Shown here: positions 47,395 to 57,767 of the stretch, in pieces | How the letters are laid out: each line of letters opens with the position of its first letter | Numbering within the stretch: position 1 is the stretch's first letter | Source of the DNA: Fonticula alba ATCC 38817 | Lineage: Eukaryota > Protista > Nucleariida | DNA length: 64,000 nt | Reading direction: 5' to 3' (one strand) | NCBI GenBank assembly: GCA_000388065.2 | Contig: KB932204.1 | Translations under genes and position numbers: made by a program | Notes under the pieces: model-generated | Told to the model about the DNA's origin: nothing | What the model saw: the letters and a program-made list of their open reading frames with translations, nothing else | Database searches by the model: none

Positions 47395-48684
47395 TTACTT
47401 GCCACCAATCTGAGAGCCGACCTTGTAGAGGGCGATCTTCTCCCAGTCCACGCGGTTACGAGTAATGGGGAGGGCACGACGCAGGGCCTTGAAGGTGGTG
47501 TCACCCAGCTGAGAGTGGGACTGGTTGAGACCCTGCTGGAAGGCCTGCTCGGCGGCAAGGATGGCCTTGACCACAGCGGAGGCGTTCTGTGGGCACGGCC
47601 GGGGGGGAAGGGGGGGGGGGAGGGGGTAGTGGATGGGTGGGCAGCCGAGCGGGCAGGCGGAGGGAGAGAGGACAAAAGTAGCATGATAAACAGCGAATGT
47701 TAGAGCGGCAGAAATGGGGGGGGGGGGGGGGGAGGGCATGGTGGTGGTGGCGGGGGAATGCACTCGACACGTACCTTGGCATCAGCAACATGGACGTCGG
47801 CCTTCTTCTTGGTCTGGAGCTGGACGTTGCCATCCTCGTAGTAGTGGACATGGGCACGCATCTCACCCTTGAGGGAGGAGCCGCTCAGAATCCACTCCGA
47901 GCGCCAGCGGCCGTTCCAGAAGTTGCGCGGGCTGTAGCGATCGCTGGCGAAGCAGATGGCCGCACCATCGCCATGGGGGAAGACAGAGACGGTGGCATGG
48001 CCATCCGGGTAGTACTCGTTGAGGTAGTCCTTGGCGGCACGCTCAAGCTCAGCGAGGAAGCCGGAAATCGGGGCATGAGAGCCGGAGCCAGCGGAAACCT
48101 CCTGCAAGAAGGAAATGGGCGAGGGGAAGGGAGCACACGGAGGCGGGCGAAATAGGGGGGGGNNNNNNNNNNNNNNNNNNNNNNNNNNNNNNNNNNGAGG
48201 GGGGAAGAGTGGGAGGAAGGCAGGAAGAAGGGACAGAAAGCAGGAGCGGCAAACCAAACGCACATGGGTGAAGTGGTCAAAGGCGAAGGTGGCACCGGTG
48301 GTGCTGTCGTAGAAGACGTTGTCACCCTCGACGACGTTGAAGCGCGTGACGAGGGACTGAATCCGGGAAATGGGCGGAAGAGACCCATGTCAGTGGGCAC
48401 CGATGGTGGTGGGGGAGGGAGTGCGACAGAAAAAAAAAAAGGCCGAGGAGGAGGGCAAAGGGCGAACGGGGCTGAGGGCAGCTGCTACAAACCTTGGCAC
48501 CAGAGGGGAGGGTGACCTGGGTCATCTGGGAGATGTTGTAGGTGGACATGGCCTGGGCAGTGGAGTTGCGCAGGTGGTTGTCATCGTTGACGAGGTGGCG
48601 CAGATCGTTGTAGACCTCATGCAGGCCACCGGGGGGAGCCTGCTGAATGAAGTCGGAGGCGATCTCCATGGTGTGGTGGGACAT
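47395..48684 (-). CDS. CAPZA: F-actin capping protein alpha subunit, 267 aa. Exons 48684-48493, 48356-48264, 48101-47775, 47586-47395
   Basis: Motifs FIQQAPPGGLHEVYNDLRHL, YSPRNFWNGRWRSEW, AHVHYYEDGNVQL, TFKALRRALPITRNRVDWEKI. The exons total 804 nt. Confidence 0.93.
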
Positions 48685-49579
48685 GATTCTGCCGGGGGAG
48701 AGGGGGCGGTGGAGGAAAGGAAGGAGGCAGTGAGAGCCGGAATAGTGGTCAGTAACCAACGGGACTCGGGTGGTCCGACAGGCAACAAGGACCAAACACG
48801 GGTCAGAGGCATATCCTCCGAAGAGAGGAAGCGGGGGCGCGGAGGGCGGAAGGGAGTGTCGGAGAGGGAACAAAGCAGCACCCCGGGAAAGCAACACCAC
48901 CATGCAGCATGTTGAAGGCCACCCGGTAGCTGAGGTAGGAGGGGAGCACAGGCGATGGGGCTCTTTGGGGCAAAGACAGGAGAATGGGGGGGGGGAGGAG
49001 GAGGAATGCAAGGGGCGGCGGGAGAGGGAGGGAATGCAGGCGAAATGGGAGGAGGGGCGGGGCGGGACGGTACAATCGAGGGGCCGTGTGGGGAGGGGCG
49101 AGGGGATCAGCCAGGGGGGGAGTGGGGTGGGGGGAAAAGGACAAAGGGTGCGACGGAGAAGGAGGCACACTAAGTTCTGTAAGGCGCGCCGCCAGGGGGA
49201 CGCGGCACGGGGGCGGGGCATCTCTTCAAGCTCGGCCCCGCCCTTTGGGAGGGAAGAAGACCCATAACCAAGCCTGGCTCGAAGGGGCCCCCCCCCCCCC
49301 GCCCCCCCGCCCCAGCGTCTCCCCAGCACCCTTGCTGGAGGACAAGAGGGCGGTCGTGGGGCGTTGATTCGGAGAAGGGGGAAGGAATGCACACAGCAGA
49401 GGAGAGTGCCCCCGGCGGTGGCTGCGCCCCGGTCTTTGTGCCCCAGCGGAGGAGAGCCCCGCCCGCCATTGCTGGCGCCCCCCCCCCCCCCCCGCGGGAA
49501 GGGGGGGGGCGGGGCGTCGAGAAGGGGCAGCCGGGNNNNNNNNNNNNNNNNNNNNNNNNNNNNNNNNNNNNNNNNNNNN

Positions 49580-49632
<53 letters not shown>
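49580..49632 (+). repeat. Poly-G run (53 nt) adjacent to an N-gap; a similar 53-nt poly-G run lies at 57283-57335
   Basis: Seen directly in the sequence. Confidence 0.8.
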
Positions 49633-50776
49633 CGAAGAAGCTGGTCCCCTCCCGCATAGAGCTGCACACGCAAAAGGGCCAAGCAGCAGAGTAACACATA
49701 GTCCCTGATGCGAATGATCGCCTAGCCTCCGCCAGACACGAGGAGCCCCCGACAGAGTACGCGACAACACAGCGACGCCGGGCGGGTGGGGGACATCTCC
49801 CCGGAGAGCCACATCGGAGAGTGGCCGAGGGGGCAAGCGAAAACAAACGCGCGAGCACAAACTAGAGTCCCGCCCAAACTAGTTGCCGGTGTGGCCGGTG
49901 GCGGGCTGTGTGGCTGGGGCCCAGCCTCGCCAGACCCGGGGTGTGGTTGCCTCCCGCCGAATAATCCACTTGTATATAAAAAGGTTATATTACTCGGTGC
50001 CCCTCCCCCCTTTCCCGCGAGCGGTTGGCTCTCTGTCGTTGTTGGTTTTCTCTCGGGAACCGGAGAAAGAGCGGATCCTTGCGGCCGACAAGGTGGTCCG
50101 TGGCTGCCGCGCATAAACGAGTGCACGTCGCACATACCCCCCCGGCCCTCCGCCTCTAATATAGGGGTGTCGCATTTTTCTTTGTTGCCCATTGCGACGC
50201 ACCCCCCCCCCCCTGCACCTTCTCGGGTGCTTGAATCGACTTCCCAGATTCGTGGGTCTGGCAAAAGGCCCACCGCCTCCGGGACTTCCGATGCTCTTGT
50301 CTCGTTCCGTGCTTGGCTCTCCCCATGTCTGCTGGTATGTGGGCCCCGACTGGCGACGCGGCAGGGCGGTCCGGGCTCGCCCCCCCCCCCCCCCCCCCCG
50401 CCCCCCCGCTCTCCCTACCGGGCTGACCTGCTACCACGCCCAGGGGCGCGGCCCAGTCAGGATCCCGGGCAAGAACATAAACCGGCATTCGCAAGAATCA
50501 CATGCGCGGATCACACCGCGTGGAATCACACCCGCGCGTAGCTATTCCTGAATATTCCCCGGGCTGGGAATTTGCGGAACGCGATGGGCTCTTTTTTCGA
50601 GCTCATTTGTCCACGCCCCTCTCTGCGGACAGTCAGAGGTCACCATAATGCGCTCTCTTTCTTCCCTCCTCTCTCGTCGTCCCCCTTCGCAGTTCCTCTG
50701 CCCCGAAGCGTGGTTACCTCCGGGGAATCTATTTTCGCCAAAAGGGGTGAAAGCGCGAGGTGGAGCTATTTGGCGT

Positions 50777-52890
50777 TCAGGCGACGCGTGACTGTTGGGC
50801 CGAGGGCGGGGGAGCCACCAGCGGCATCAGAGAGTCCGGGTCAAAGCCGAAAGTCGTCAAGTCCTTGCGGGTCTCCTCCGGGTCGGAAAGGGTCTGATTC
50901 AGGTAAAACTGGAGGAATCCCTCAAGTGGAAGACCGATGCTAGAAGCCCCACCGGCCGGCCGGCCGCGGGCCATCGGGACGCGGGAGCCAGAGCGACCAG
51001 CAGCAGGACCACTGCCGGTGGCCAGGGGTCGGCCATACTGCCGGAGGAGGGCCTGGCACATCATGGACAGATCGCGACTGGAAACTGGGGAGGTGCTGGC
51101 TCCGGCGGCAGTAGCCGTGCGGACGAGCGTCGAGAGCTCCATGACATCAAGGAAACCGTCGCGGTTGCGATCAAATCGCCGGAAAATGGCCTCCATGACG
51201 CCCTGCAGCATGGGAGAAAAGGTGGTCCCCGAAGCATCGAGCCAGGGAGCTGTCACAAACAATGTGTCAATGAGTGGGCTCGCACGTGTGGGGTGGGAGA
51301 GAGAGAGGCGAGACTTGGTGTATGTGCATATGTGCGTACCATCACCCGAGCCGGGTCGCGAGCAACGGTAAAGGCGGTTGCGTGCCCGGAGCGACCGGAT
51401 GTCATCCACCAGGGCACTGCCCATGGCAGGAGGCGTAGCGTTAGAGCTGGAGGCAGCCATTCCGGTGGTGGGCTCTTCATCCTCAAGCAGCCCAACCGCC
51501 TCAGCGACAGCCAGGGCGATACCGATGATCGCCTCGGCCGAGTCGTAGGCGGTGGCCATAAAGCAGATGTATGCGAGTCCATAGAGGGCAGGAATGTGAT
51601 TCGGGTAGAGATCTAGTCATGCGTGGGTGCGTATGAGAGAGAGAGAGAGGGAGGGAGGGAGGGAGGGGAGGGAGAACGTGTGAGCGTCAGTGTGAAGGGA
51701 CACCATGGATTTTTGGTTCATTGAGGGGGTCAGGGACGCGATATCTCCAGGAGGTCACGAACCAATGATGTGTAGGAGGTTCTCCGCGGCGGGCACGAGC
51801 TTTTGAATGCCTGCAGGAGAGCCAGCCTCGGCAGGATCGGCATCATCATCGGCCACGCTGGTGTGAAATTGGCGTGAGTTGTCGGGAAGAAGGTGCAAAC
51901 TACCTGAAAGAGCGGATGACGAGGGACCGGTCGACAGAGGAAGGCACACGTACGCTTCAAGCAGGGTTTGCGTGGCATTGAAAAGGTCGCAAACCTCCTG
52001 GTCGTAATTCCACCAGATCTGCGGGAGCTTGTCCTCCGGGAGCATGGCCCCATCGTGATCGACCTCCTCCCGCAGGTGTTGGGTGTATTGTTGGAAGGCC
52101 CGCCGGCGGCGACCGGCCTCGTCAGTCACACGGCGGCGATACTCCTCAAGCCAAGAGGCCGGCTCCGGTCGCGGATTGACTGGGATCGGCGGATCTGGAG
52201 ACGAGATGAATCGCGCATGGGTCAGTATGAAGGGAGGGAGGGGAGGGGGGGGGGGGGCGGATAGAAGGCGGAGACGGGCATCACCACTTGGCGGGGCTCA
52301 ACATACCAAGGTTACGCGAGGCCTCATCAAGCATCTCGAGCTCATCCTCGTCGCTGGAGCTGTGGTCATCATCGTCCTCGTCGTCCTCGCTATCCTCGTC
52401 GCTCTCGGCCATGTCCGAGGGGTCGGGATGGGCGTTTCCGGCAGCATCCCCAGTGGCATCATCGGCCAGGGAGATGGTTGCCGCGGCCGAGGTCACATCG
52501 GCCATGTCCTGGTCTTCATCCTGAGCCGGGTCCGGGAGGCCGGAGCGCAGGATGGACACCAGCTCGGACACGCTGCCAAAGGTCCCGTGGCAGATTTGGC
52601 GCCAGATTTCATTGGAGACAGACATCTGCTCCGGAGACAGGGGAGGCAGCGACGAGGTGTCCAGGCGAGCGACCTCTTCGGTAGATCCGGCAAAGATGAA
52701 CCGGTGCATCTCGCGGCTGGTCTGCGCGTGGTGGGGAGTCAGACATGATCCGGGACGGGGCTTGGCAGCGGCACGAAGCCAGTACAAGGTCACGTACCTT
52801 GGAGAGAGCCAGAATATCGGCCACCGGGTCCTCCAGGTGCGAGATGATCGCCGCCCAGGCGCCGGTTGGCAGGAGGGTGAGAGGGTGCAT
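50777..52890 (-). CDS. Putative F-box protein with an acidic tract, a TPR-like hairpin and a C-terminal EF-hand domain, ~524 aa. Exons 52890-52798, 52721-52307, 52179-51954, 51857-51763, 51612-51340, 51249-50777
   Basis: N-terminal F-box-like LTLLPTGAWAAIISHLEDPVADILALSK|TSREM. TPR-like ENLLHII|DLYPNHIPALYGLAYICFMATAYDSAEAII. EF-hand loop FDRNRDGFLDVMEL and a second helix-loop LPLEGFLQFY. Five phase-consistent introns give 1575 nt of exon. Confidence 0.7.
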
Positions 52891-53287
52891 GGCGCGGCAG
52901 GGAGGGGGGGGGGGGGGGGGTGCAAGTGTGTGTGTGTGTGCGTGTGTGAGGAGAGGAGTGCATATTGAGGAGAGGCTGGCAGTGGCCTCGCGTCGGGCTC
53001 GCTCTTCTGCCTCTCCGCGCCCCTCGTCGGTTCCTGCCGGCTTCCAGGGCGTGGGTGGGGGTCGCCCCCTCCCCCGGCCAGCCGCCTGGGCATGCAGTGT
53101 GTGTGCGTGCGCGAAAAAGAGGGAGGAAAGAAGAGCCGCATGTGCCGCGTGCGGGGGCAGATCGCGCATGGCCCGATCTGCCAACTCAAGGCTATTCTGA
53201 GGGCGGCAAAAGATATCGCGCCTGGTGGGGAATAAGCCCCCAAAGTTAATCCCACCTTCGTGGTTGCCGAACGAAGGATCTTTTTTT

Positions 53288-53443
53288 AACGTACCTACGA
53301 CTTCCACTCGGTGATCAACAAGGCCTGGTGGACGGGAGTTAGTACACACATAGCACTCCGTTGTCTGCTAACACCCGCGTCACTCTATCCAGGGTGCCGG
53401 GTCGCATATTTTTGGTGGTTGGGAGTAGACTCGTCTACTCCCG
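53288..53443 (+). ncRNA. U1: U1 spliceosomal snRNA with a variant 5' end (AACGUACCU)
   Basis: All U1 elements are present in the correct order. 5' end ACGUACCU (53289-53296). SL1 with loop GAUCAACAAG (53313-53322; 8/10 to the human U1-70K loop GAUCACGAAG). SL2 with loop AUAGCACUCC (53350-53359; 9/10 to the U1A loop AUUGCACUCC). SL3 (CACCC/GGGUG). Helix H (CGAC 53298-53301 / GUCG 53401-53404). Sm site AUUUUUG (53408-53414). SL4 GGGAGUAGA-CUCG-UCUACUCCC (53421-53442). Length ~156 nt. Confidence 0.92.
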
Positions 53444-54888
53444 CTTCCCCTTTCCATTTTAATAATTGATGTTGGTGTGAGGGGCACTTCCCGGGTGGGG
53501 ACGAGAGAGCGCCTCGCTGGACGACCTCGGCTCGTGGGCCCTCCCATCCTTGTCTCGTCCGGGCGCCCCCCCCCTCTCGCCCGTTCATACATGCTCCTGC
53601 GCGTGAACTGCCGGGAGGGGTGCATCCTGGCCGGGGTGTTTGGACCACATGGCCTGATCACATGGACCATATGCCTTTTGCCAGCGTGCCCCCTTTTTCC
53701 AGGGGGATGAGCCCCCAAGCATGCGGGCCTTCTTGGGGAGAAATTGTGCGCATGCGCTTCCAAGTCGGGGCGGTGCTCTGCGCAGAGGCGCGCATGCGTT
53801 CTCGCGTTCCGGAGCTCTTCGATCGTCGGTGCGAGGGCAGGCAGGGCGCCGTCATGTGCACGCCCCGAGGCAAGGGCGAGGTGCCCACTCTGATGCAGGG
53901 GCCCGGCGGATCCCTGGCCTCGGGCTTGGCCCCGCCGTTTTCTGCTGTTTACGCACGTGCAGTTGCCCTGTGGGAGGCCGGGCATCCCCCCTCATTCCGG
54001 CGGCCTCCTGCTTTCTCCTTCTCAGCCTGGAAGAGGTCGGGGCCAGGGAGTCGGGGGCTCTCTGTCTCCCGGTCCCGGCTCCCAGCCCACGCCTCGTTGG
54101 TGCCCGCGCCCGGGTGGCTCTGTTGCATGTGTGCATGTTCAGCATGGCCCCCGAGCACCTGGTGCCATGCATGACTTGGCGCTTGCCAAGGGCGGCTGGA
54201 GACACGTTCCCCCCCCCCCCCTCCCCGGGACATCGTGTCTAGGGTGTTGCTGGAGTCCCAGCAGCAGATGATCCCAACCCAACTGCCCTCCCTTGTGGCT
54301 CTGGGCCTATTTTGTGGGGCGCGTGCCCCCTTTGCCGCTTTACCGGGGGCAGTTTTCGCCGGGACCTGCTTCCTGTTGTGCAGTCGGACATCCTGGGCCC
54401 CCCGCTCCTCGCTGGCCCGAACCACCCTAAGCGAGGGCCGCACCCCGCTGGCGATGGAGGTGGTCCTGTGCTCGGCCATCATGGCGCGCGATCTCTCCAC
54501 TCGTCCGAATATTCCGCGCTGGGGGGGGGGGGGGGGCTGCACGGGGCCTCCTCCCGCTGCTGGGGACAGACACACCCACACCCACCCACCCACATCACCC
54601 ACGGCGGGACGCCCTGATGAAAAAACACCAGTCTCAGGCCGGCAGGGGCCCCACCTGCTCTCCCCCTCCCCCCCCCCGGTCCCTCCCTCGACTGGTACCT
54701 CCCTTCCCTTCGGAGGCATCACGCTATTTCCCTTGCCCCTTTTGCGCACACATCACACATCCACCCCTTTCGCCCTCCTTCTCCCGCTCCTTTGCCCATC
54801 CTCACCCCCTCCATCCTCCATCCTCCTTGCTCCCATCTCCGTCAAATAGCAGCACCCACTCCCCCCCCCCCCCCCCCCCGCAATCAGG

Positions 54889-56574
54889 ATGTCCAGCGTT
54901 TCCGCTCCCTCCAGCGTCCCCACCCCCACCAGTGTCGGGCTGAGCGCCACGCCGGAGTTCATGGCCATGGTGGCCCCGGCTAACTTCGTCAAGAACCTGG
55001 CTTGTGGCGGTACTGCCGGCATGGTGGGCGCCCTGGCCACCTTCCCCATCGACACGGCCAAGACCCGCATGCAGGCCGATGGTGGGCGCATGTACCGCAA
55101 CATCCCGGACGCCCTTGTGAAGATCGCCCGTCAGACTGGCCTGCGCTCCCTCTACCGCGGCCTGCCGGTCCAGCTGATTGGTATCATCCCGGAGAAGGCC
55201 CTCAAGCTGTCGGTCAACGACTCGGCCCGCTACTTCCTCCGGTACGAATCCCCCCCACTTATCCTTGGCGTGGCACTCTGCCCAACCTTCTACTTTTGTC
55301 ACAATGTGCTCTCTCTTTCCCCCTCTCGATCTCTTTCTTCTCTCTCCCCTCCCTCGACTTCCAGCACACACACACACACACACGCACTCCCACATACGCA
55401 TGCAATCCTCACTCCCCCTGTCCACATGTACCCACACACGCGCTCGCGCGCAATCACCACAGCAATCGCGAGAACAACACCATTCACTGGAGCCGCGAGA
55501 TGATTGCAGGCGCCACGGCCGGTTTCTGCCAGGTGGTCATCACCTCGCCGATGGAGATGTTCAAGATTCGTCTGCAGATGTCCGCGGCGGCGGCCGAGTC
55601 CGGTGCCGCTCCCCGGACCTCCGCCGTCAACATCATTCGCGATACCATCCGTCAGGGTGGCGTCTTCCGCGGTGCTGGCGCCACTCTCCTGCGTGATGTG
55701 ACCTTCTCCCTGCTTTACTTCCCGATGTTCGCCAACCTCAAGGGCTGGATTGCTGGCCGTGACGCCAACCACCCGGTCTGGAGCACCATGCTCCGCGACC
55801 CGGGCCCTGGTGCGTGCCTCATTTGTCTCCTCCATGCGAATTGCGGCGATGCCCATATCGAGGACTCCCCTCTTGGCGTCTGGGCCTCCGGGTTTTCCAT
55901 CTAACCTTTTCTCCCGCCCCTCTTCCTCCCCGCCTTTGGCCCGGTCTTCCTCCCTTCCTGCTCAGCTCCCGCTGGCCACACCGGCCCGCGTGACATCAAC
56001 TCGCGTGTCAACTTCTTTGGCACTTTCATGGCTGGTCTGATTTCCGGCAGTGCTGCCGGCTGGCTTGTGACTCCTGCCGATGTCATCAAGACCCGTCTCC
56101 AGGTGTGTCCTCCTCTCCTTCTCCCCCCCTCCCCCTGCCTCCCCTAAAATTTCATCTGATCTCTCGCACCACCTCGCCATTTACTGATTACCGGTCCCAT
56201 GTCCGTCCTCTACCTGCCCTATCACTCGGCTGTCTAGGCCGCTGGTGGTGTCGAGAAGTGGAAGAACATCCGCACCTGCGCCAAGATGACTCTCGCTCAG
56301 GAGGGCCCGACTGCTTTCTTCAAGGGTGCGTCCTTTTCTCAATACCCGATCACGCGCAGCCTGCCCCCCCCCCCACACACGATTACTCCTTTTCTCCTCC
56401 CTCCCCCCTCCCCCCCTGACCGTCGCTTACCTCTCCTCCCTTTTCTCGACCCAAACACACACACACACAACCATTACTTCTGCAGGCGCCACTGCTCGTG
56501 TCTTCCTGGTCGGCCCCCTCTTCGGTGTTGTCCTCATGACCTACGAGGTCCTTCCTCGCCTGCTCGGTCTCTAA
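54889..56574 (+). CDS. Mitochondrial carrier, glutamate-carrier-like (SLC25A22/18 or aspartate-glutamate carrier type), 337 aa. Exons 54889-55241, 55463-55809, 55966-56102, 56238-56325, 56486-56574
   Basis: Three carrier signature motifs: PIDTAKTRMQ, PMEMFKIRLQ and PADVIKTRLQ. The segments PEKALKLSVND and GATLLRDVTFSLLYFPMFANL resemble glutamate carriers. The exons total 1014 nt. Confidence 0.88.
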
Positions 56575-57280
56575 ATGCATCGGCCCTCTCCCATGCACCG
56601 TGTGGCAATCTCCCTCTGGCGCACTCGTGGAGACCCCGGCACAGGCCCTATCCACATGGCTCTATCTGGCATGTGCCGCTCCTTTTTTTGTGCCCAGGCA
56701 TGCACCCGCGTACCAAGAGCGCACGGGGACTCGCCGGGCGGGCCGCGTGCCATCCCATCCTCCGCTCCCCCCCTTTTAGCCCCCTCCTGGCGGCGCCCCT
56801 TGTGCTTCGTTCCCCATTCTTTTACAGCCCTTGTCCTTTCAACGAAAATGTACCATATACAACACGTCATCCGCTGTTTCCACGTCCGGACATGTCTCCC
56901 TGCGCGCCAGTTATAGGCAGGGACGGACAGGCAGCTGAGCGAAACTCCTCTCCCCCCAAGAGTGGGGCAGCTTCCCAGCCATCTGCTTCCGGTGAGAGAC
57001 GTGTGTGTGTGTGTGTGTGTGTGCATGCGTGCGCCTCAGCAGGCGCGCAGCCACATTTGCGCGCTACCAAAGGGGAGACTCTTCTTGCCGGCACATGGGG
57101 CTGGCAACCAACGGCGACCACATGCGGGCGATCGGTGGCATCTCCAGTGCCAACGATTACATCGCGCCGATCGGCCGCCCCTGATCGTCGGGCCTGGGGC
57201 TATCAAGGGTGGGTGGCCGGGCGGCGGGGGCGGGGGCTACCGGCGATCCCCCTCCCACGGGCCTGGCCGAGGGATCCCCA

Positions 57281-57335
<55 letters not shown>

Positions 57336-57767
57336 CGGTTACACCGAGGTGCGGGGGAAGACACGGGCATGAGGGATTCGGGGCAAAAGGCCCGGATCTT
57401 GGCCCCTTCCCCTGTTCAATGAGATCTGGGATTTTTTTCCGCCCAGCCTCGGGCAATTGCTGCACCCTCGCGACAGGGGCATCCTCCATGCATCATCTCG
57501 CCACCACTTTCCTGATACCTCCCCCTCCCCCAGCTTCCCTGTCTTTCTTTCTCTTTCATTCCCTCCCTCCCCCCCCTCTTTCTCTCTCTCGTCCCTGTGT
57601 TCAGTTCTGCCCAAGACTTTGTTCCCGCCCACCGAGGTTACCCACGAGGGACTGTAAAGGTCTCGCGGGGCGATCCTCTCCAACCTCGCTCATCTTCCAA
57701 GGCTCGCATTTCCCGCTCTCTCTCCCCCCCCCCCCCACCCATCTCTCTTTCTGCTTCTCACCGGCAC

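Noticed and set aside
37737-48684. Adjacency of MROH1, phosducin-like and CAPZA (all linked to actin or WASH biology)
   Set aside because: Three housekeeping genes lying together is plausible by chance, and synteny cannot be tested from this window.
53620-54242. ORFs of 170-184 aa just downstream of U1
   Set aside because: They have no motifs and no convincing splice pattern. Such lengths are expected by chance at this GC content.
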